Assembly (NCBI GenBank): GCA_043822785.1
Contig: JBDRBN010000005.1
Span: 1-14,507 of the forward strand
From: Pseudomonadota bacterium
GTDB taxonomy: Bacteria > UBA10199 > 2-02-FULL-44-16 > JAAZCA01
Direction of reading: 5' to 3'
Length of the DNA stretch: 14,507 nt
The notes under the pieces were generated by a model, which was given only the letters and a program-made list of their open reading frames with translations, was not told where the DNA came from and did no database searches. The translations under genes and the position numbers were made by a program. Within the stretch, counting starts at the first letter, position 1, and every line of letters begins with the position of its first letter. Below are positions 7,444 through 14,507 of the stretch, piece after piece.

Positions 7444-8388
7444 ATGACTGGCAAATGGATGGGAAGACGAATCGCCGTACTCATGGGGGGCATCTCTAAA
7501 GAAAGAGAGATCTCCCTCAAGACCGGCAGTGCTATAACCCAGGCGCTAAAACGTCTCAATTACGATGTACACACTATTGATGTTGGAGATGGAGTGCAGC
7601 TTGTGGAGGACCTTACTAAAGTAAAACCCGACGTCGCCCTCATCGCGCTTCATGGCAAGTTTGGAGAGGACGGTTGCATACAGGGGCTTTTGGAGATGAT
7701 GAGGATACCCTACACAGGCGGTGGTGTTTTAGCCTCTGCAGTAGGTATGGATAAGATCATATGCAAGCGCGTTGCGCGCGAATTGGGCATACCATGTGTT
7801 CCTGACAGATTTTTTGAAACCAGTACAAATGATGCAGAGCATTTTGTTAAAGAATTTAAAATGGAGTTTCCTGTAATCGTTAAGCCATCTCGCGAAGGGT
7901 CCACGATCAACATGACGATTGTAAACAAACTAGATGAACTACGAGAAGCCATAAGGGTTGCCATACAATCAGACACCAAGGTGATCGTAGAGCAGTACAT
8001 CAAAGGTAAGGAAGTGACCGTCGGGCTCATAAACGGCCAGGCGCTCCCTGCACTTGAGATCGCACCGAAGAGCGGGTTCTATGACTATACGTCCAAATAC
8101 ACAAAGGGCATGACCGAATACATAGTGCCTGCTCGAATAGGCGATGCAATTGCTCTGAAGCTTAAGCGCTGGAGTGAAATCCTATGCGAAGCGATCGAAT
8201 GCGAAGGCACAGCGCGCGTGGATTTTATCGTAAGGGATGATAGCGAAGCATATTTCCTTGAAGTGAACACCATACCCGGGATGACAGAGTTGTCTTTGGT
8301 ACCAAAAGCTGCCGCACACATCGGCATCGGGTTTGACGAAGTGTGTGAAAGACTACTTGATGGAGCTAGGTTAAAGGTAAACATATAA
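7444..8388 (+). CDS. ddl: D-alanine--D-alanine ligase
   Basis: GGISKEREISL, ALHGKFGEDG, VKPSREGS, FYDYTSKY and LEVNTIPGMT motifs. TAAGGAG ribosome-binding site upstream. Confidence 0.97.
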   Translation: MTGKWMGRRIAVLMGGISKEREISLKTGSAITQALKRLNYDVHTIDVGDGVQLVEDLTKVKPDVALIALHGKFGEDGCIQGLLEMMRIPYTGGGVLASAVGMDKIICKRVARELGIPCVPDRFFETSTNDAEHFVKEFKMEFPVIVKPSREGSTINMTIVNKLDELREAIRVAIQSDTKVIVEQYIKGKEVTVGLINGQALPALEIAPKSGFYDYTSKYTKGMTEYIVPARIGDAIALKLKRWSEILCEAIECEGTARVDFIVRDDSEAYFLEVNTIPGMTELSLVPKAAAHIGIGFDEVCERLLDGARLKVNI

Positions 8389-8505
8389 AAATCCAAAATT
8401 CGAATACCTGCCGGCAGGCAGGTCGAATTTCGAATGATTTTATTTAGATATTTGAGATTTGATATTAAAAATTCCTTCGATATTCGAATTTAGATATTCG
8501 AAATT
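8389..8505. repeat. Inverted pair of family-A heptamer arrays; left arm interrupted by CCTGCCGGCAGGCAGG (8407-8422)
   Basis: Left arm AAATCCA AAATTCG AATA[16 bp]TCG AATTTCG. Right arm on the minus strand AATTTCG AATATCT AAATTCG AATATCG AAGGAATTTTT AATATCA AATCTCA AATATCT. Confidence 0.85.
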
Positions 8506-8526
8506 GTATAGAGAGATACGAAGCAT

Positions 8527-9324
8527 ATGAGCGTATTCTTAGATCGACAAAATGTGCAGCGAAAGAGGCAGTGGTCCAGAAGGCTGCGCCAAATAGAAAG
8601 CATGCTTCTTTCCATGCTCGTCATGGTTGCGGGATTGGCAGCGATTTATGGCCTCTACAAGCTTATCTTTTTAGGATCTGTCTTTAAAGTAGAAAGGATC
8701 GTGGTTGAAGGAAATTGGAATTATATTACTGCAGACGAAGTGGCGTTCGGATCCGGCATAAGAAAAGGCGATAACCTCTTCTGGATATCAGTTTCTGATA
8801 TTCACAAGAGGCTAAAGGAAAAACCGTGGATCAAAGAGGTTGCCGTAAGAAGGCAGCTTCCTGACACGCTTTGCATCTATGTGAAGGAATTTAGGCCAGC
8901 TGCCATCATGTACTCAAATCAGTTCTATCATGTGGATGACGAGGGATCTATAATAAAAATAGTCGAAGTAGCTGAGAATAAGGACTTACCGGTACTGAAC
9001 GGCATCATGATAGATGAAAACGGAAAGGTTGTGAAAGCACACCTGCCCAGGTTAAAGGAAATGCTCTCAATAGTTACGCTCTTTGACACAAGCCGGTTTG
9101 GCAGAAAAGAGGGTATCGCTGAAATCAACTACGACGAGATCAAAGGCTATTCGATAATAACTCGGCGCAATCCCATGCAAATACTCATCGGAAAAAAGGA
9201 TCTTGCAGAACGAATAGATCAAATCGACCGCATGAGCAATGCTATGATCAAAGATCGTGCGCCAATACAATATATGGTTGCAAATGAAGGACGACGAATC
9301 ATCGTCAGATATAGGCCGTCATGA
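8527..9324 (+). CDS. ftsQ: Cell division protein FtsQ/DivIB
   Basis: Basic N-terminus, one TM helix and a POTRA-like segment (F-V--I-VEGN, G-NLF, PWIKEVAVRRQLPDTL-I-VKE). Sits between ddl and ftsA. Confidence 0.9.
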   Translation: MSVFLDRQNVQRKRQWSRRLRQIESMLLSMLVMVAGLAAIYGLYKLIFLGSVFKVERIVVEGNWNYITADEVAFGSGIRKGDNLFWISVSDIHKRLKEKPWIKEVAVRRQLPDTLCIYVKEFRPAAIMYSNQFYHVDDEGSIIKIVEVAENKDLPVLNGIMIDENGKVVKAHLPRLKEMLSIVTLFDTSRFGRKEGIAEINYDEIKGYSIITRRNPMQILIGKKDLAERIDQIDRMSNAMIKDRAPIQYMVANEGRRIIVRYRPS

Positions 9325-9326
9325 GC

Positions 9327-9373
9327 CCAAAGGTCCCTCGCCAAAAATCTTAGGCGAGCCATCGGACCTATGG
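9327..9373 (+). other. Bulged stem-loop in the ftsQ-ftsA spacer
   Basis: CCAAAGGTCC/GGACCTATGG outer stem with one mismatch, CTCGCC/GGCGAG inner stem, CCATC bulge and a 10-nt loop. Confidence 0.55.
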
Positions 9374-9402
9374 ACTTGTGACCGGGGAAAGGGGGAGTGC
9401 GT

Positions 9403-10629
9403 ATGGCAAAGCGAGAAGAGCTTGTTGTGGGGCTCGATATAGGCACCACAAAAATCTGCTGTATCGTAGGTGAGGTGATGAACGAGGGGGTCGATATAAT
9501 CGGCATCGGCACCCACCCATCAAAGGGTTTGCGCAAAGGCGTGGTGGTCAACATCGAGAGCACTGTGGGCTCGATCCGAAAGGCTGTCGAGGAAGCTGAG
9601 CTCATGGCTGGATGCGAGATCACCTCGGTCTTTGCAGGAATTGCCGGGGGACACATCAAAGGCTTAAACAGCCACGGCATAGTCGCGATCAAGGATAAGG
9701 AAGTCACTCCCATGGATGTGGATCGCGTGATCGATGCTGCCCAGGCAGTCTCCATACCCCTGGATCGTGAAGTGATACACGTCGTGCCTCAGCAGTTTAT
9801 AGTCGATGACCAAGATGGAGTGCGCGATCCAGTGGGAATGAGCGGCATTAGACTAGAGGCCAAGGTGCACATCGTCACAGGCGCTGTCACCTCTGCCCAG
9901 AACATAATCAAATGCTGCAACCGAGCAGGACTCAATGTAAACGATATCATCCTGCAGCAGCTAGCTTCTGCCGAAGCGGTCATAAGCGCTGACGAAAAGG
10001 ATTTGGGAGTGGTGCTCATAGACTGCGGCGGCGGCACCACAGACATCGCCGTGTTCTCACAGGGGTCCATCGTCTTTACCTCGGTCCTCACCATAGGAGG
10101 CAACCACCTCACAAACGATGTGGCGGTTGGGCTAAGAACGCCAGCATATGAAGCTGAAAAGATAAAGCAGCGCTATGGATGCTGCTCAACAAGCATGGTG
10201 CACAAGGACGAAACCATAGAGGTGCCTTCTGTTGGCGGCAGAAACCCCAGACTGCTCTCTCGCCAGATAATGGCAGAAATACTGGAGCCTCGTATGGAAG
10301 AGGTGTTCACCCTGGCTCAGCAGGAGCTGGTGCGCTCAGGCTATGAGGATATGGTCGCAGCCGGAGTTGTTCTCACCGGTGGCACCACCCTCTTGGAGGG
10401 CACGGTGGAGCTTGCCGAACAGGTGTTCAACCTTCCGGTGAGATCTGGCCTTCCAAAGAGGATCGGCGGACTCGTGGATGTTGTTCGCAATCCCATGTAT
10501 TCCACAGGCGTTGGTCTTGTGATCATGGGGTCTGCATCGCGCGACGAACAGCGATTTAAAATACGGGACCGCAATTTATACTCAAAAGTCAAAGGCCGCA
10601 TGAAGGAGTTTTTGGGAGAGATCCTCTGA
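9403..10629 (+). CDS. ftsA: Cell division protein FtsA
   Basis: GLDIGTTKI, GLRKGVVVNIE, DCGGGTTD and VLTGG motifs. ATG 9403 follows a GGGGGAG ribosome-binding site; the ORF track starts two codons earlier at GTG 9397. Confidence 0.98.
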   Translation: MAKREELVVGLDIGTTKICCIVGEVMNEGVDIIGIGTHPSKGLRKGVVVNIESTVGSIRKAVEEAELMAGCEITSVFAGIAGGHIKGLNSHGIVAIKDKEVTPMDVDRVIDAAQAVSIPLDREVIHVVPQQFIVDDQDGVRDPVGMSGIRLEAKVHIVTGAVTSAQNIIKCCNRAGLNVNDIILQQLASAEAVISADEKDLGVVLIDCGGGTTDIAVFSQGSIVFTSVLTIGGNHLTNDVAVGLRTPAYEAEKIKQRYGCCSTSMVHKDETIEVPSVGGRNPRLLSRQIMAEILEPRMEEVFTLAQQELVRSGYEDMVAAGVVLTGGTTLLEGTVELAEQVFNLPVRSGLPKRIGGLVDVVRNPMYSTGVGLVIMGSASRDEQRFKIRDRNLYSKVKGRMKEFLGEIL

Positions 10630-10637
10630 TAAAATAC

Positions 10638-10670
10638 TAGAAGTTAGAAGTTAGAAGTTAGAAGTTAGAA
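10638..10670 (+). repeat. Heptamer tandem array, family C, (TAGAAGT)4 TAGAA
   Basis: Four perfect copies plus a partial one, starting 9 nt after the ftsA stop. The reverse complement TTCTAACTTCTA occurs at 179-190. Confidence 0.9.
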
Positions 10671-10711
10671 ACCGGAACATAAAATTTAAATAAAGATACA
10701 AGGAGGTTTTC

Positions 10712-12031
10712 ATGTTTGAACTTGTTGAAAATTGCGCACAGAACGCAAAGATAAAGGTGATAGGAATCGGCGGAGGAGGAGGTAATGCCATCAACACTAT
10801 GATGGAGATGGGATTGGACGGTGTTGATTTCATCGCTGCCAACACTGACATGCAGGCGCTCAAGGCCAACTTAGCAGCACACAAGATACAGATAGGTAAG
10901 GAATTGACAAAAGGTTTGGGTGCGGGTGCCAGCCCCGACATCGGCCGCAACGCTGCGCTTGAAGACCAGCGCGCCATAAGCGAGCACTTCGAAGGCGTGG
11001 ATATGGTCTTCATAACTGCAGGCATGGGCGGCGGCACAGGCACAGGAGGAGCACCTGTCATTGCAAAGATCGCCAAGGAGATGGGTGCGCTCACAGTAGG
11101 CGTGGTCACTAAACCCTTTGAGTTCGAGGGCAAGCAACGCGCGCTTCAGGCTGAACGCGGCATAAGCGAGCTTAGGGATTCGGTGGATACGCTCATCACC
11201 ATTCCAAACGAGAAGCTTTTAGAAGTAGTGTCGCACGATGTCACTGTTATCGATGCTTTTAAACAAGCAGATCAGGTTCTGCTACAAGCAGTGAGAGGCA
11301 TATCAGACCTCATTACCGTGCACGGTCTTGTCAACCTAGATTTTGCAGATGTGCGCACGGTCATGAACGAGATGGGTATGGCGCTCATGGGCACTGGAAC
11401 TGCAAGCGGCGAAGCACGCGCTATCGAGGCAGCTACTAAGGCAATATCCAGCCCGCTGCTGGAAGATATGACGATCAAGGGTGCAACCGGCATACTCATC
11501 AACATAACTGGCGGCTCTGATATGACGCTCTATGAGATCAGCGAAGCTTCGAAGATAATACAGGAAGAGGCGCACGAAGATGCAAACATACTCTTCGGCG
11601 CTGTCATCGACGAAGCCTTAAAGGGCGAGCTGCGCATTACAGTGATAGCGACAGGATTCAACAAACCACAGCACAAGGTGCTAAGGCACGCTAATTCCGC
11701 ACATACCGGAATTCATTCATATGCACCTCTGCCGCATGCAGCAGCATCGGTTCAGACAACGCTTACGCGTCCACAAGCACCATCCCAGATGCCTCAGCTG
11801 GATATGAGAGGGCTGCCAGCCCTGGGCGTACAGACGCACACGCCTACAAGAGGCATGGGACATGCGCAGGGCGCTTCACGCACCATGCCAATCGGCATGA
11901 ATCCGGCTGCCTCAATAAAAGCACATGAAGTCAAATCAGAACTCAAGGATATCGCTAAGGAAATTGGAGTGCTCGAATATCAGAACGATGAATATGATAT
12001 CCCGACATTTTTGAGAAAACAGGCGGATTGA
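10712..12031 (+). CDS. ftsZ: Cell division protein FtsZ
   Basis: [16 protein letters not shown] tubulin signature, NLDFADV and C-terminal [17 protein letters not shown] ribosome-binding site. Confidence 0.99.
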   Translation: MFELVENCAQNAKIKVIGIGGGGGNAINTMMEMGLDGVDFIAANTDMQALKANLAAHKIQIGKELTKGLGAGASPDIGRNAALEDQRAISEHFEGVDMVFITAGMGGGTGTGGAPVIAKIAKEMGALTVGVVTKPFEFEGKQRALQAERGISELRDSVDTLITIPNEKLLEVVSHDVTVIDAFKQADQVLLQAVRGISDLITVHGLVNLDFADVRTVMNEMGMALMGTGTASGEARAIEAATKAISSPLLEDMTIKGATGILINITGGSDMTLYEISEASKIIQEEAHEDANILFGAVIDEALKGELRITVIATGFNKPQHKVLRHANSAHTGIHSYAPLPHAAASVQTTLTRPQAPSQMPQLDMRGLPALGVQTHTPTRGMGHAQGASRTMPIGMNPAASIKAHEVKSELKDIAKEIGVLEYQNDEYDIPTFLRKQAD

Positions 12032-12063
12032 CCAGTTATCAGTGACCAGTAACCAGTGATCAG
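12027..12063 (+). repeat. Heptamer array, family B, overlapping the ftsZ stop
   Basis: ATTGACC AGTTATC AGTGACC AGTAACC AGTGATC AG; same unit as 1283-1315. Confidence 0.85.
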
Positions 12064-12183
12064 CTATTGATTATTATAAATTTAATAATATCAACATGTT
12101 GTAGCTGCAGAATCTAAGCAACTTTTTAAGATTTTTTCAGATAATAATATATAGCCTTGCTGGTACTTGGTTGGATTAAACGT

Positions 12184-12189
12184 TATAAT
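12184..12189 (+). promoter_or_regulatory. Possible sigma70 -10 element for the transglycosylase gene
   Basis: Perfect TATAAT ending 43 nt before ATG 12233 in an AT-rich spacer. No convincing -35 at 17-bp spacing. Confidence 0.3.
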
Positions 12190-12232
12190 AATGATGAGGT
12201 CAGGACCATCATCACAAACGAAGGGAGATAGG

Positions 12233-14434
12233 ATGCCCCTGTTACGTTTATGCGCCACTTGGATTGTGGTCGTGTTAGTAATGTTATCTATATCGGCCTG
12301 TTCATCTAAGAAAAGGGCACGCTCTTCCTATGATAGCACGCGGTTTATAAGTGAGCACGATCTGCGCGCGCTCCCTACAAGCGATATACCCATAGTCATA
12401 AACGACCGAGTAGTCGCCTGGATTGAATATTTCCACGGCCCAGGAAGGCGCCATTTTGTACGCTATCTGGAAAGAAGCGCGCGCTATCTTCCGCTCATGA
12501 AAGCTATTCTGCAAGAGCAAGGCATGCCTACCGATCTTGTGTACATCGCCCTCATCGAGAGCGGGTTTAACAACCACGCCTACTCAAGAGCAGCAGCTGT
12601 GGGACCCTGGCAGTTCATACGTTCAACTGGCAAGATATACGGCCTTGAGGTGAACGAATGGGTTGATGAGCGCCGTGATCCAGTAAGAGCAACATATGCT
12701 GCAGCCAGAATGTTTCGTGATCTGTACCAAGATTATGGCGACTGGTATCTGGCAATGGTAGGTTACAATGCAGGGCCTGGCCGAGTAGCCAAAGCTATGG
12801 AAATAACCGGCAGCCGCGATTTCTGGGTTATGGCTGAGGACAGAACAGCGCTGAAACCCGAAACCCGCGATTATGTTCCAAAGTTCATAGCTGCCATGAT
12901 AATGGCAAGGCAGCCCGAAAAGTTCGGCTTCAGGAATCTAAACTTTCATGAACCCTGGGAGCACGAAAGCGCTGCAGTAGAAACCCAAACCGACATCTCT
13001 GTTATAGCAAAATGTGCAGGAGTTGCAGAGCACGAGGTGCTTGATCTCAATCCTCATTTAATAAGGGGTGCCACACCGCCCAATCATAATAACTACAAAG
13101 TGCGCCTGCCAAAAGGCACATCACAAAAATTCTTGCTCGCTTACGCCAATGTTCCAAAAGAAGAGCGTATCCAAATCGTGCGCCACAATGTAAGGCACGG
13201 CGATACCATGTACAAGATTGCCAAGCGCTATGGAATCAGCGTTCAGGCATTGGCCCAGGCAAACGGCCTTAGCAGAAAGAGCAAACTGCACCGAGGAAAA
13301 ACTCTCGTAATTCCTGTCGGTGCATCTGCAGCTCGCTTCGCAAAGGCATATGACGAACCAAGCAGTGAAGGACAGCATTCAAAACTCATTCGCTATAATG
13401 TAAAAAAGGGCGATACGCTGGGTGCGATTGCTGCCAAATTTCCAGGTGTAACCGTATCAAAGCTTAAAAGTTGGAATCACCTTGGTCGACACTCACACAT
13501 CAGAACAGGACAGAAGCTAAAGATCTATACAAAGGCAGCATATGCTAGCAGCTCTATAAGCGAAAAACCAGAATCTCATACGGTAAAGCACGGTGAAACC
13601 CTTGGAGGTATTGCTGCACGCTATGGCACTACGGCAAAGAAGCTCATGGCATTAAACAGCATAAATAATCCAAAGCACCTTCGCTCTGGCATGAAGCTCA
13701 AGGTGCAATCATCGGGCAATACTACAACAGCCATCGCACTTGAAGATGCAAAAGCCCCAACTGGTAGCGGAGTAACAAAGATTGCAAAAGTAGAATCAGA
13801 AACCACAAGCACGCATCGAGTGCGCAAGGGCGAAACCTTGGGCACGATCGCAGCCAAGTACGGTGTGAGCACAAAGCAGCTCATGTCATGGAATGGAATA
13901 AAAAACCCCAAGTACGTGCGTGCAGGTCAAAATCTAAAGGTGAGATCAAACACAAAAACCACATCCTCGACCGAGACCACAGCCATAGCTCTTGATGACA
14001 CATCTTCAGGTTCCACGACCAGCACAAATGCTTCAGGACATACTCATCATGTGCGCAAAGGCGAAACCTTGGGCACGATCGCAGCCAAGTACGGTGTGAG
14101 CACAAAGCAGCTCATGTCATGGAATGACATCAAAAATCCTCGCATGGTAAAAGCAGGGCAGAAGTTAGTAATTAAGAAATCTACCAAGTCAAAAGTTGAT
14201 ATTGAAAGTGCTCCATCGATTAAACCAGTTCCAAACAATACACCGATAAAGATTTCCGTTCCAAACACCACAGTACAGAACAAAACAATAACTCATCGCG
14301 TGTCCGCAGGCGAGACCCTGTGGGATATTGCAAGAAAACACAGCGTCACCATTGCCCAGCTTCAGAAATGGAACAATCTGAACGATCCATCCTCAGTTCG
14401 ATTAGGCACAACGCTGAAGATCTTTAAGAACTAA
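12233..14434 (+). CDS. Lipoprotein lytic murein transglycosylase, MltD-like (SLT domain + six LysM domains)
   Basis: AAGGGAG site before ATG 12233; signal peptide with ISAC lipobox; SLT motifs IESGF, GPWQFI, GYNAG and ETRDYV; six V--G(D/E)T(L/M)--IA LysM repeats. Confidence 0.92.
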   Translation: MPLLRLCATWIVVVLVMLSISACSSKKRARSSYDSTRFISEHDLRALPTSDIPIVINDRVVAWIEYFHGPGRRHFVRYLERSARYLPLMKAILQEQGMPTDLVYIALIESGFNNHAYSRAAAVGPWQFIRSTGKIYGLEVNEWVDERRDPVRATYAAARMFRDLYQDYGDWYLAMVGYNAGPGRVAKAMEITGSRDFWVMAEDRTALKPETRDYVPKFIAAMIMARQPEKFGFRNLNFHEPWEHESAAVETQTDISVIAKCAGVAEHEVLDLNPHLIRGATPPNHNNYKVRLPKGTSQKFLLAYANVPKEERIQIVRHNVRHGDTMYKIAKRYGISVQALAQANGLSRKSKLHRGKTLVIPVGASAARFAKAYDEPSSEGQHSKLIRYNVKKGDTLGAIAAKFPGVTVSKLKSWNHLGRHSHIRTGQKLKIYTKAAYASSSISEKPESHTVKHGETLGGIAARYGTTAKKLMALNSINNPKHLRSGMKLKVQSSGNTTTAIALEDAKAPTGSGVTKIAKVESETTSTHRVRKGETLGTIAAKYGVSTKQLMSWNGIKNPKYVRAGQNLKVRSNTKTTSSTETTAIALDDTSSGSTTSTNASGHTHHVRKGETLGTIAAKYGVSTKQLMSWNDIKNPRMVKAGQKLVIKKSTKSKVDIESAPSIKPVPNNTPIKISVPNTTVQNKTITHRVSAGETLWDIARKHSVTIAQLQKWNNLNDPSSVRLGTTLKIFKN
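13820..14126 (+). repeat. Direct repeat in LysM4/LysM5 (13820-13895 and 14051-14126)
   Basis: Two 76-bp copies, 231 bp apart, differing at one synonymous position (AAG/AAA). Confidence 0.9.
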
Positions 14435-14443
14435 CCTAAAACC

Positions 14444-14503
14444 AAATCCAAAATCCGAATATCGAAATTCGAAGGAATATTTAATGCTGAATATCCAATA
14501 TCA
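14444..14503 (+). repeat. Heptamer array, family A left arm (probably continues beyond the window)
   Basis: AAATCCA AAATCCG AATATCG AAATTCG AAGGAATATTT AATGCTG AATATCC AATATCA. Confidence 0.85.
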
Positions 14504-14507
14504 ATTC

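Noticed and set aside
7444..8388. Van-type D-Ala-D-Lac ligase
   Set aside because: The omega-loop reads YDYTSKY, typical of D-Ala-D-Ala ligases, and the context is the housekeeping dcw cluster.
12192..12214. Small inverted repeat TGATGAGGTC-AG-GACCATCATCA before the transglycosylase
   Set aside because: Short, bulged and single-copy. It cannot be assigned as an operator or RNA element from sequence alone.
12167..12232. TTG start for the transglycosylase
   Set aside because: ATG 12233 has a good ribosome-binding site and places the lipoprotein signal peptide at the N-terminus.
555..14283. Many short antisense or alternate-frame ORFs (e.g. 9219-9755, 10651-11133, 6927-7412)
   Set aside because: They lie wholly or mostly over conserved genes, show no recognisable motifs, and are typical shadow ORFs.

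Overview
Bacterial division/cell-wall (dcw) cluster, all on the + strand: mraY-murD-ftsW-murG-murC-murB-like-ddl-ftsQ-ftsA-ftsZ, then a lipoprotein lytic transglycosylase (MltD-like, SLT plus six clear LysM domains). Gene order and protein style suggest a deltaproteobacteria-like lineage (inference). Two things are unusual. (1) The murB ORF is intact, but its FAD-binding and catalytic motifs are replaced, and about 20 of its codons come from a nested palindromic repeat. (2) Most sizeable intergenic gaps hold small repeats: three families of 7-bp-period arrays (one with a fixed 4x7 + 11 + nx7 layout), a GTCATTGCGAG/CTCGCAATGAC REP-like family, and 16-24 bp GC-rich 'guest' hairpins inside those hosts. 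Two of the guests carry a CAGG tail and show no target duplication. No mobilising enzyme, RNA gene or CRISPR array is visible.
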